From Geosiphon pyriformis uo1 (Eukaryota > Fungi > Glomeromycota): DNA of 64,000 bases. The stretch lies in NCBI GenBank assembly GCA_016748015.1, contig JAAOMT010000261.1:12733-76732 (forward strand). The letters run 5' to 3'. Shown piece by piece: positions 37,501 to 49,405 of this stretch. Position 1 is the first letter of the stretch. Each line of letters begins with the position of its first letter. The notes under the pieces were generated by a model. That model was given only the letters and a program-made list of their open reading frames with translations, was not told where the DNA came from and did not search any database. The translations under genes and the position numbers were made by a program.

Positions 37501-40129
37501 TTAATTAATGGAGCCACACAAAAAGATGTCCACCAAATGAAAGAAGCTGAATACATTGAATATACCACAGAATTAGCTGGATTTGATTATAAAGATGAAG
37601 TAGAAACCTACCACCAAATTGCAAGTCACACATATTCAACCCAAGAAGCTCAAATTTAACAATTAGAGCAAATAAACATTCAATTATGTAAAGAATACAT
37701 CATGCCTTGTGATGACAAATGGTGTCCAGAATGCTATGCTTTTAGCATTCTCTTACCCAGTAAAAATGACCAGGAAGAAATCGAATTTGGGAAACCTGAA
37801 ACAAAGAAAAAAATCACAACAACACCAATCTATTTTATTAAAAACCAGTCTGCTATACAACTCAAATACTTTGACAACAATGGGCAAGGAATAAAACCAG
37901 AAAAAGCCCACGAAATTGATGCAGGATATGACCTCAGATATCCTGGCAAAGACACCTTGGTTCTCCAACCAAAGTTCTTGACAAAAATCAATCTTAAAAT
38001 TGCTCTTGAAATTCCACCTGGAGCAATAGTTCAAATTACAGATCATTATTGGCAAGCAAAGGAATCAACATTAGAGGAGGAGTCATAGATGCAGGATATA
38101 CTGGAAACATTATTATCATGTTACAGAATGAAACAGACAAACTATTTAAGATTAAACATGCTAAGAAAATTGCCCAAGCAATTTACTTACTCTTAATCAA
38201 CATTTTGGGTTTACAATTAGTAAAGAACAGAGAACAATTGGGAAAAAGTGAAAGAGAAACTCAAGGTTTTGGTTCAATTGGACGATTTACAGTACCAGTA
38301 AACATAGCTCTCAATACACAGAATGAATCTTACCAGATTCTTCAACTTCTCCAACTAATTACCATTTCACTTTTTAGAGAACATTACGAAATTTACACTT
38401 GCTCAAAACCCACCACTACCCAATAAATCTTTGAATCCAATGAACAAATCTGTTTGAAGCATGAAATCTCAATTCTAAACGTTTATATTCCCAAAAAAAT
38501 GAAAAAATTTTGAGTTATATTCTACAACCCCAATAATTATTCTATTGTCTTATTAAACAAATTAGAAATTGGAATCATATACAGCAATATCTTTCAAGAT
38601 GAAAACCCTTAAATTGTCTCTAATTTCATCGAAATTGTAAGGCACACTCTACTCCCAAATCTAAATATCATTTCCACCACTGAAAACTACTACCTTTTAG
38701 AAGAAAAACTCTCTTGAATCAACATAGGTCCCTTAGAATCTCAACAACAAAGACAATTGAAACAATTGATAACTGAATTTGCAAATATATTTGCAAAAGA
38801 CAACAATGATCTGGGAAAAACTGATATTGTTCAACATCAGATCCACACAGGAGATGCTTCACCAAAATGACAACAAGCCTATCAAGTTTCATCTGCCAGC
38901 CACCAATTTATCAGAGAAAAAGTCCAAAGAATGCTCAATAATAGATTAATTCAACCATCAAAAAGTCCATGGGCCTTACCAGTAGTTTTAATTAAAAAGA
39001 AAAACGGAAAAATCAGATTCTGTGTTAATTACAGACAATTGAATAGCATTACAATTGGAGATGTTTATCTTCTTCCAAGAATTGATAACATGCTAGATGC
39101 TTTAGGAAAAGCCAAGTTCTTTTCAACTTTAGACTTGAAAAGTGGATACTGTCAAGTCAAAATAGACCCAAAAAATAGACCCAAAACAGCATTCACCACT
39201 CAAGAAAGAAACTATGAGTTCAATGTTATGTCTTTTGAATTCTGCAATGCACCAGCAACATTTCAGTAACTCATAGATGTTGTATATGAAAGACTCTTGT
39301 GGCAATCAGTAGTTGTCTATCTTGATAACACTAATGTATACTCACTGAGCTTTGAAGCCCACCTTATTTACCTGTGAGAAGTTTTTCAACAATTATAGAA
39401 AGCAGAATTAAAATTAAATATTGAGAAATGTCACTTTAGAAAAACAAGCTTAATCTTTTTTGGACACATTGTGAGCAAAGATGGAGTCAAACCAAATCCT
39501 AGAACAATCAGTGCTGTCAAAAACTTCTAAACTTCCAAAAATACTACAGAGCTATGAGGATTTGTAAGATTAGTCTTCTACTATCGAAAATTCATTAAAA
39601 AATTCTCAGAAATTGCCAAACCACTCAATTATCTTACTAACAAAAATGTGCCATACAAATGGACAGAAGAACAACAAAAAGCTTTTGAAATCCTCAAAAC
39701 AAGATTGATAATAGCCTCAGTTTTTGCTTACCTAGACTTTAACAAATGGTTCCAACTAGCCACTGATGCTTCACACATAGCTTTTGGTGCCATCCTATCA
39801 CAATTGGATGAAAATAGCCAAAAACAAGTTATTGCTTATGCTAGTAGAACACTCAAACCAACAGAACTCAAATATGGCTCAACTGAATTAGAAGTGGCTG
39901 CAGTCATCTGGCTCTTAAACATTTTCAACAATATCTGAAGAATGGAAAAGAATTTAACATTATAACTGACAATATTGGTCTCAAATGGCTTAATAAAAAG
40001 AAAACTGAACAAAGTGCCAAACAGTTTCAATAAAATAACTTCCTAGCAGACTATAGATATATTGTACACCACAAACCAGAAAAACTACACACCAATGTTG
40101 ATAGCCTTTCAAGAATAAGACAAGATTAA
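34553..40129 (+). pseudogene. Family A gag-PR-Cys-rich-dUTPase-RT-RNase H polyprotein
   Basis: ORF fragments 35653, 36283, 36712, 37342 and 37702 share one frame; CHYCGISGYWKRDC, ILDSRSAGS, SPWALPVV, LDLKSGY, TDAS; stop at 40127. Confidence 0.88.
37858..38283 (+). pseudogene. dut: Trimeric dUTPase domain in Gypsy pol (frameshifted)
   Basis: DAGYDL (motif 1), RS-LA (2), GVIDAGYTG (3), KIAQ (4), RETQGFGS (5). Confidence 0.92.
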
Positions 40130-40186
40130 TACCAACAACAATTCCACCACAACTTACCAACCTACTAACAAAATAACCAAACAACA

Positions 40187-41563
40187 ATGAATTTCAGAAA
40201 CTACAGCAATCTTAAAAACTATTTGGAAACCTTTACCATGCCAGAAAATTGGTTTTCAGGTAAAAAACATTGTTTACAACACCAATCAAAACAATATTTC
40301 ATATATCACAACAAAATTTATTATAAAAATCGCAAAAATCTAAATCAATCATTCAGATTAGTACAAGAAAAGAAAAAAGAAACAATTTTATACAACATGT
40401 ACACAAATCCGTCTTCAGCACACTTGAGAAGAGATGGAACAATTCAAAAAACTCTTGAACATTATTTTTGGCCTCACATGCAAAAAAACATTTGATAATA
40501 TATAGAATCTTGTGATAGTTGTCAAAAAAGAGAAAGAATTCACCACACAAAATTTTTAAATCCAATCAAAGTTGGACAACCTTTTAACAGAGTTGGAATT
40601 GATCTAGTTGGACCATTACTTATCACAACTCAAGGAAATTGTTATATTGCAGTTGCAGTAGATTATCTTACCAAATGGCCTAAAGCTAGAGTCATCCAAA
40701 GAGCAGATGCAAAATCAGTGGCAAATTTTATCTATGAAGACATTATTTGTAGACATGGATGCCCAATTGAACTTTTATCTGATTAAGGAACACATTTTGT
40801 AAACAACTTGATACAAAAAATTTGTGAACAATTCAATGTCAAAAGACCTCTATTATCACCTTATCATCCTCAAACAAATGGACTTGTAAAACATTTCAAC
40901 AGAACATTGTGTGAATCTTTAGCCAAAGTCTCAACAGATTTTGAGTAGGAATAGGATATCTTTATTTCATCAGTGTTAATAGCATACAGAACACTAAAAC
41001 AAGATACTACAAAACACACATTATTTGATCTTACTTATAGAAGGATAGCAATATTACCAATTAATTTCACAGTGAAAACATATCAAGTACAACCAATTAA
41101 TGAAAAAAACTTCCAAGAAACACTCCAAAAAAGAGCCTACACTCTTCTTAGCACATTAAAAGAAAAGAGACACATAGCAGCCACTCATATTGAACAAGCC
41201 CTACAAAAAAAAAAACATGACAACAAACTGCCACCAGTTACCAATGAATTTAAGGTTGGGAATAAAGTTCTCTTACACAGAACTAAGGCTAAAAAACAAT
41301 GGAGTGGAAAATTTGAACATAAATAGGATGGACCATTTTATATCCACGAAATTTTAGGCAATGGATCATACAAGTTAAGACTTGATAACAAAGTACTAGT
41401 AAAAGTTGCACATGGAGATAGATTGAAACACTATTATTCCAGAAACAATTCTGAACCATTAATTCCACAAATTGGTACACATTCCCCTTTAGTTAATCCT
41501 GAAGATATTCCCCAAAATTTAGAACCAATAGTTATAATAAAACAACAAAACTTGAACACTTAA
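40187..41563 (+). pseudogene. Family A integrase as a separate ORF
   Basis: MNFRNY..., CDSCQ, GIDLVGPL, DYLTKWP, YHPQTNGLV, GPFYI, LEPIVII. Confidence 0.88.
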
Positions 41564-41719
41564 TTTAATATTTATAATAATCTCTTTAAAAATATAGACA
41601 AAATATAAAACAAAAATAGTAAATAATTACAAGAAACATTCAAACCAAAAACAAATAAAAACTTTATATCCAAAAATAAATTTTTTTATTCTTTTTCTTT
41701 ATTAATTAGTCATTTTATC

Positions 41720-42425
41720 ATGATTATTTCCCGAAATATTCAACAAATATCCCAAAAATTAATGTTAACCTTGAAAACACTTCCTGATTTATCCATAACA
41801 ATTAATGGAAGTCAAATTAATTACATTCAGAAAAAAACCACAGCCCCAGTAGTAAATAATTCTCAGAACTATCACTCCTATAGAAAAAAAACAAGAAGTC
41901 ACTCTGGAAATAGATTACCAGAACTTTTGAAGCAAGTATTGAAAGAAAATCTTTTAATTGCCTTTATTGACACCCTACCAAATGCCACATTACAACAAAA
42001 ACTTCTATTCCTTAATGAACAGAACAATGAATATATCTCTATATATAGATATTTTCATATTGGAAAAACACTTTATGAATGAAAACTGGAATTTGAAGCA
42101 ACCAACATCACTCCTAAGACTGTATAAAAACAAATTCACAATGAATTTAAGGCAGCAGCTGGCTCAACAAACACTTGCTACAAGCTTAGAGCAGCTTTTA
42201 GATTCTATGATTTGTTCAATACTTGTGAAAATGTTCTACAAAATCCAATACTGCAACCAATAAAAGTTTAATATATTGGCAAACTCACAGAACTGAAATT
42301 TCAACAATTTTCAGACCAAATCACTTCAATTATTTTGGACCACTATCTTGACATCACAGATAGTGCTTGGACTTCAACGGAGCTCAGTCTTGAGAAGAAG
42401 ATTATGTTACCAGTAGAATTTTAGC
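41720..42425 (+). pseudogene. Family A ORF3
   Basis: MIISRNIQQISQKL...YRYFHIGKTLYE...; homologous to 2114-2833. Confidence 0.8.
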
Positions 42426-43372
42426 TATTAATTAACATGAAATTATTTTCATAATTCTTATTATTAAGTAACATATTATTATTATTTCGATTATCACTTA
42501 TTAATTAGCCAAATTATCAAATATTATTACTCAATCAATAATCCAATTTGTACTATAGAAATTAAGATAATTAAATTACACAATACCCTGAACTATTTAA
42601 TATAGTCAAAATTTGCCGAAATTAATGAAAAAATCGCTAAAATAATCAATAATTTGTAGAAATAACTTGTAGTTTGCTGAAATATATCTTTAGTTCACCC
42701 AAATTATAGAAAAAAGAAAAGTGCAAGTTCAAAGACTAGTACTACAACAAGTTGTATAAAAGAAGAGCTTTTTTCTTCAAAAAAATATATTTTTGCATAG
42801 TATCTTACCATAGTATCTTACTTTAGATATCTTAATTGAAACAAATCACCTTTTACAAAATCAAATAAAAATTAAATATTCAAAAACCAAATTCTTAAAT
42901 TATTACACTTGAAATTTCCTCAACACAACTAACGTTTTGAAATTAATTAGCTACCAATTTCAATAAACTGTTAATGACTCTAGGCCTGGATAGAAAACGT
43001 TTCCCTTAATAAAATTCTATTTCTTTTATATTTTTTTTATTTTCTTTTATTTTCTTATTACAATCATTAAGGTAGCCTACAGACAAGATTTCTGTAGAAG
43101 AGTTGACTTTCACAGTAAAGTAACTACACATTTTAGTGAGCTTCCAGATGAGCAATTCCTGGGAAAGAGTTGATGTTTACTACAACATAACTACACAAAG
43201 TAACTGGCACAGAATTGGTCATTCTACTTATAAGCTCAGCAGTTCAAATTATAGGAGATAATTTGAAGATAAATTCAGTTACTGGAAGTCCAACTACTTT
43301 CTAGAAACGTGAATTCACAGCAAATTAACATTACCAACATTTAAAAAAAAAGACCAAAAACCTCCAGTAACA
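42405..43372 (+). repeat. Family A 3' LTR
   Basis: Preceded by ggagctcagtcttgagaagaagatta (PPT); about 95% identical to the 5' LTR over the first 230 nt. Confidence 0.95.
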
Positions 43373-46300
43373 CTGTCTAAGTCTAAAGTTGAGAACCATT
43401 TCTTTTCTTCAAAAGCATCAAAAAGTTCTTGGATTTTTGGAATTGGGTAGCTATCTCCTTTTGTTACTCTATTAAGTTTTTGGTAATCCACACAAAAGCA
43501 TATTTTCTCATTTTTTTTATGGATTAATACCCTGGTAACAACCATGAACTCATTAATGGTTGAATTAACTTGTTGTTTAACATCCAGTTGATTTTTTGTT
43601 GAATGATTTCATGGCTGGCTGGTGGTACTTGGTATGCTCTCTGTTTAATTGACATTGTATCTTCAGTTTTTATCTGATGTTAGATAATATCAGTTCTGCC
43701 AAATTTATTTTTGCTGGCAAAAATGTCATTGAAATTGTTGAGTAATATCTTAAGTTGCATATGTTGTAGTGAGTCTAGATTTTCCAAGTTCATCTGTTTC
43801 AATTGTTCTGGTTGGAGCAGATAATATTCTTCTTATCTATATATTGTTTGAGATATGATATTTACATATTCACACAGTTGTGGAAAATCTGGAATGGTAT
43901 TTGGCAGTTGGTCTTTAATTTCAGTGGTTAAATATCCAATAGTGGTTCCTTCTGGTATCTCAATGATGTCTCCTGTATTGTTGTAAATGGGAATTTTGAT
44001 GTAATCATAGTTCTTGGCTGGTATGTATAGATTGACTAATCTAATCTTTTTTGATTCACAAAGTATTGCTTCTGTCTTAAAAATCTGAACTTAATTCTTT
44101 ACTTTTCTCTTTATAACTACCATGTACTAGTCATATGATGGAATGAAAATTGATTGATAGAGATAATTTCTCTCTTGTCAACAATTTTTTTCTCTGCCAT
44201 ATTGACTGGTATATCTATTCTACCCATGGATCCAAATCTTTGTATCTCTTTAGCTGTAATTCCTAATTTTTTTCTGTTTCTTACTAATACTAATTGAGCT
44301 ATTTTAATCAGAGACAGAAATATTGTCTGTGCTATCTTTTTATTTGGCTCTATGATATATTCTTTTTCTGAGTCATTTTATAGCATTGCAATAATATTTT
44401 CTATATATTCTGCATCAATTATTTCTCTTCTGATGTTAATCTCTTTTTTCACTAAATTATTTCTGGATGTTAACTGAACCATTGTTGTTGCTGGAATTTT
44501 CAGTGCTACTTTTAGATCAATACAGATGTGTGAATATGATTCTAATTTGATGACATTTTTTCCCAAATATCTCAAATTAAACTTTACATTGGTATCATGT
44601 GTGCATTTTGACATAATATCTTCATTATTATTACTGAACTATCTTAATTTCTGCTCTTTGGTAAGGTCAGAGAGCACAATATATTGTTTGGAGTTTGAAT
44701 GGTAATTCCAATTTAAATATGCAGCTGTTGATTGGTTTGTCTTCCTCTGGAATTGTGTAGATTATGCATGGTGGTGGATTGTAGATGAGATTACACTTAT
44801 TACAATATTGGAAGTCACATGAAATCAAATAGTGGTCACATAATTAAGTGTTGATTTCTTCTAAGTATTGTTTCTGTTCTTTTTTTGTTGGTGCCAGGTG
44901 TTAATAGTGCTTGTGAAATTCTTCAGGATTGTTTTCAACATTGCCAAAAATGTCAAAAGTGAGGATATATTCAGATTTAGACAGTAAAAGTGAGTTATTT
45001 TTAATTTCCAGCAGCTTACTGGTAGTGGCACCTTCTGCTTTCACACTTGCCATTCTTCAGATCTCATGTTTGTCATAAAAATATTCTTCCAATTGTTGCA
45101 ATACTTTTTTCCAAATGTCATCAATAAGAGTTCTTTTGTGTATCCAGTTGTTTATTAAGATGGTATATTGGCATGTTTTATTGTATATTCCTCCATGTTA
45201 AGGAATGTTATTCCACATTCCTTCATCAGGCAAAATGGTTCCACAAATGAGACAGGATTTGTTATTCCATTTTCCTTGTTTTTTTGGTCATTTAAATCAT
45301 TTGAAGATGCAAGAACAACAATAGAATTTTGTTGTCATAAAGTATTCTTTATTGTTGCCACAGCATGTGCCCATTAATAACAATTTTTTGCCATAATTGA
45401 TGCACACCAGTTTTGGTCAACAATAATTAGATAGTTGTGATAGAATATAAGTATATGGGGTATAATTTGTAATGGTTGCTGGTGATGGCTCTTTTTCTTC
45501 TCTTTTTCTTTTTTTTTCTTGGTTTCTTCCCATTTCTAAATTGGTGTTAGTTTGTCCTGATCATTGTCAGTCCACAATGTTTGATTGTTATTCCAAGTAA
45601 GTTCTTCTTTTTGCTTTCTCTTTCTTTTGTTGTTCTATAAGGGTATGGGTGGTAGTTTGTTGTGATTGTCATTGGTCCATGAAACTTGGTAGGCTTCCCA
45701 AGTAGGTTTTTTTTTTTTTGAACTTAATCAGTGGTGCTGGGATGTGAGTAGTTTTGAAGTGACTATAAGTGACTGGTACACATATATGTTGTTCTTTCTG
45801 ACTGAGTTGGAATTCTTGTGTGGTCTAATCAAGCATTGCATTGGTTTTAAACAACCAATCATTGCCAACAAGTGCTTGATATTGGGTTGCTTCTATCACC
45901 AAAACTTTGATGAATATAATGATGTCATTAACTTTAAAAAGGAATTTGTTAATTTTGCCAATAGGAGTTTTGGTTACTCCATTGGCTATAATAATTCTGG
46001 TGCTAGTAGTGCAATCAACTTGGTGACCTAATTGGTCCATAAGTTGTTATGTGATGATGCTGCCTGCTAATTTACTGTCAAGAATCAGTTTGATAGACTG
46101 ACCATCAACTTTGGCATCCATGTACATTATAGTAATGAGTTTTATATCAAAGACAGCTCCACTAAAAAGAGATATTTCAGTTGGTTTCTCGATCTCAAAA
46201 GAAAAAATTGTTGCTAACAACTCATTGTTGGTAATAATTGCTGGTGAAATGTTACAGGTAATTGGTTTATGGTTTGTTTTCAAGTTGTTGGATAAAACAT

Positions 46301-48500
46301 CTTCTAGGGTAACCAGAAGACTTAAATAGTTCTAAAAACTCGGATTTTGGACATACCTAGTTTCTGAATTTCTTAAATGTGATTTTAAGAATTATTGGGA
46401 TGTACTGGAGATTGGTTGATGAACAACTATTACCAATCTCCAGTTTTGTTGAATGATTTTTGGCTTCTGATTTCCATAGGACACAGTTATTTGTGATAGT
46501 ATTTGAATGGGTTGAGGTTGATAAACTAGTTGTAACTACAGTAGTTAATATATTATAGGTATTGCTGATTGATATATTAAAAGTGAGTATAGTTGCTGTA
46601 TTATTAGTGCTTGATACATGGGCTGCATCACTTGAGTGTAATGTGGTTAATGTAGGTAATGTTCTGGTAATTAATTACTAATGTAATTCTGAGTTTGGAG
46701 TCAGTGATCAGAGTTTTGATACTGATTTCCTAATCATTAGTTGCTTATCCTTTTGTGATATTTAAATTGCAGATGTTTTTGTTTACCACAATAGTGGCAA
46801 ACATACATTTCCTGTTGCCACTGTTAATTGGTCGATAATAATGAATGTGGTTGATTTTGGAAATAATTGGAGTTTCCTTAATTATTGCATTATTGTGGAG
46901 GTTGATAAATTGCCTGATTGTTGTTAACTAAGTATTTTTTTAATTTCTGGTTGATTGAATTACTGAATTGCTTCAGCTTGGAATCCAAGTCAAATGATCT
47001 GTTCATTACTAAATTTATGGCTTGGGCATAGTTGGCTTCTAACTTAGTGGCTTTAAAATCTTTGGCATAGGTGACTGTGGCTTGAAGGTTTATTAGATGT
47101 AATAAGCATACACATTGGAAGATGCTACTGTACAGGCCTCTGATAAATTGATTTAGAATTTGTGGTGCTGTAAAATAATCAGCTTGTATTGCCTGAATTT
47201 GGTGCAAATTCCTGTAAAAGTGCCCTAAGTAAGTAGTGACTGCTTCATTTTCTCCTTGCTTGATGGTAGTAAAAGTATTGGCTAGACAATTAATACTATT
47301 ATTGTTGCTGAAATATTGTAAGAACCCAAGCTTAAATGCATTGAAATCCTGAAGTTTGTTGGCCAAGCTTTAATATTATAAGCTGGTAGTATCCTGAAAA
47401 AAGTATGGGATGGCTTACATGACTTTGGCATTATTCTATTTGTTGGTTGCAATGGCTTTTTCGATATTGTTTAATTACACCTGAGTGTCATCTTCTTTGC
47501 CAGTGAATTTTTTGATCTTAACAATTGGTGCATATGCCATTTGTTGTTGTTGTTGTGGCAGTTGTTGGAATAGTTGCTGTAATTGTTGTTGATATGGTAA
47601 TTGTGGCTGTTAAATCTTTTTAATTAGTGACTTATTGATCACATTTATTAGAGATAAGTTTTGTTGATTAATTATGTTGGGGTTTGAATTGTTCTGATTT
47701 TGGAGAGTTTGAAGATTCAGAGTTTCAATTTCCAGATTTTTTAAAATCAGGTTTTGTTGAGTTTGAATGTTTGGGGTTTTGATTTCTGGGTTTTCAAAAA
47801 TTGGGTTTTGGTAATTGAATTCCTGATTGTTATTTTCCTTTTTTTCTAATTCTATTACTTCTCAAGAACTTGCAATTCTGAAATCTGGTAAAGATGGTAG
47901 TGATCAAAATCCTAATGATGTCAGTGATCACAATTTAAATCCCTCAAAATATTCACCATAGGTTCTTAATAGATTAGTTTTTGATTGTTTACTTTGAAAG
48001 AGTATTTGTGCCAATGAGGTTTTTATATTTAATGTGGACATGCCTGCTGATAAAATGTTAATGGCACTTCTAGGTGTATAGTAGTATAATAGATTGGTTG
48101 GTGATTCAAGTCTTGTTTTTTTCCAAGTAGATGGTTGTATTCTTTGAGGTATCACTGCTGGTATTTGTAGTTTTCTTTTGTCTTTGTTTGCATAAGTGAT
48201 TGGATAGTTTTGTTGAGTGTGGATTTTAATTTCTTTATTGATTTTAGTAAAGATTGTTGTGAAATTATGATTTGCTAGTAGGCTGGTATTTTGAATTAAT
48301 TCATTGTAAAAATTTTCTCTTGTAAAGTCAGTTTCTACTGGTACTCTTAGCAAATATGAGATTCTTTTATTAACATAAAAATTAAAGACTGATTCTGCTA
48401 ATAAGTGGTTGTTGGTTAATCCCAAGTATTAACAATAATACTGAAACAAAGATTTGGCAAATTCTAAATAGTTTGTTCCTATTCTTTCTGGTTCTGCCAC
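43373..48500 (-). pseudogene. Family B gag-PR-Cys-rich-dUTPase-RT (N-terminal part)
   Basis: MAYAPIVKI, QILNQFIRGL, ILDSKLAGS, ALVGNDWL, FCVDYQKLN, FSTLDL. Confidence 0.88.
44220..44650 (-). pseudogene. dut: dUTPase domain, family B
   Basis: HDTNVKFNLRY, TSRNNLVKK, IIDAEYIEN, KIAQ, IQRFGSMGR: G>A-decayed versions of the five motifs. Confidence 0.85.
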
Positions 48501-48545
48501 TTTTGGATTGTTGTTGTGTTGGTGTTGGTTCTCTGTAAGATTATA

Positions 48546-48562
48546 TCTCACAGGAAGCACCA
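48546..48562 (-). promoter_or_regulatory. Primer binding site, family B (probably elongator tRNA-Met)
   Basis: TGGTGCTTCCTGTGAGA two nt after the LTR end; implies T-stem GTGAG/CTCAC. Confidence 0.8.
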
Positions 48563-48564
48563 AA

Positions 48565-49405
48565 TATTACAGATGATTATTTGGGGTCTTAAAGCAAATA
48601 ACAAACTCATAACTTGGTGCTTAATTAATATAAGGATGTCAGTAATATCTGAAGATTGTTTGTATCTGAAGGTTTTTAAAATTTGAAGATTTGGATTGGA
48701 GTTTTTTGTATAGTAGACAGAGATTCAATAGTGTCTTAGTAGTCTCTCAGAATTGCAATTCCATCAAATTTCTTTTTCAGCATGATGGCCAATAATCTGG
48801 TAGAAATGCTCTTCTGATAAGCTATTCTTGAATTATCAAACTTTATACCTTTTCTTTGGGATCTTTTATTAGGCTATCCTTAACATTGATAACTCAGCAC
48901 TTTACTTTTTAATCAATTAGTCAACAACAAGAAATAACAAAAAAAAATAAAAAAAAATTAAAGAAAATTAAAGAAATAAGCCAAGACAATAAATGTTAGT
49001 ATCCTATCAATAGCTGTAATCAAGAGCTATTGTTCTAGTGTAGTTAAGTATCAGTTATTATCAACATAAAGTGTTGATAGTGGAAAATGAATTGAAATAG
49101 TGAATAGTTATTTATTGATATTTGTGAATAGAAAAATTGCTTAGATCAAATCTAAACTGCGAAGTTCCTCTTTTCTACTTTTAATGCTACCACTATATAT
49201 ACATAATTAAGATTCTTCAATTCTTCAATTTTTTACACCAGAAATCCTAGAATTTCTGGAATCCTGCAATTTTTTTAAGAGAAATTCTGCAATTCTAGAA
49301 TCCTGCAATTCTTTGTACGAGAATTTTGGAATTCCACATTTACTATAGCTACTTCTGATTGGCTAATTTATATGCTAATATACTTCCTATATTCTATAAG
49401 TAACA
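48565..49405 (-). repeat. Family B 5' LTR
   Basis: Matches 29594-30463; followed by the PBS. Confidence 0.92.

Larger units (their letters stand above)
33556..43372 (+). mobile_element. Full-length family A Gypsy element (9.8 kb, decayed)
   Basis: LTRs 33556-34506 and 42405-43372, TSD CTGT/CTGT, PBS, PPT and complete internal domain order. Confidence 0.96.
29594..49405 (-). mobile_element. Full-length family B Gypsy element (decayed), interrupted in RT by element A
   Basis: LTRs 29594-30463 and 48565-49405, TSD ATGG/GTGG, PBS, gag, PR, dUTPase, RT, RH, IN and ORF3 in order. Confidence 0.92.

Noticed and set aside
41720-42425. ORF3 as an env gene
   Set aside because: No visible signal peptide, transmembrane anchor or fusion-protein features; too short.
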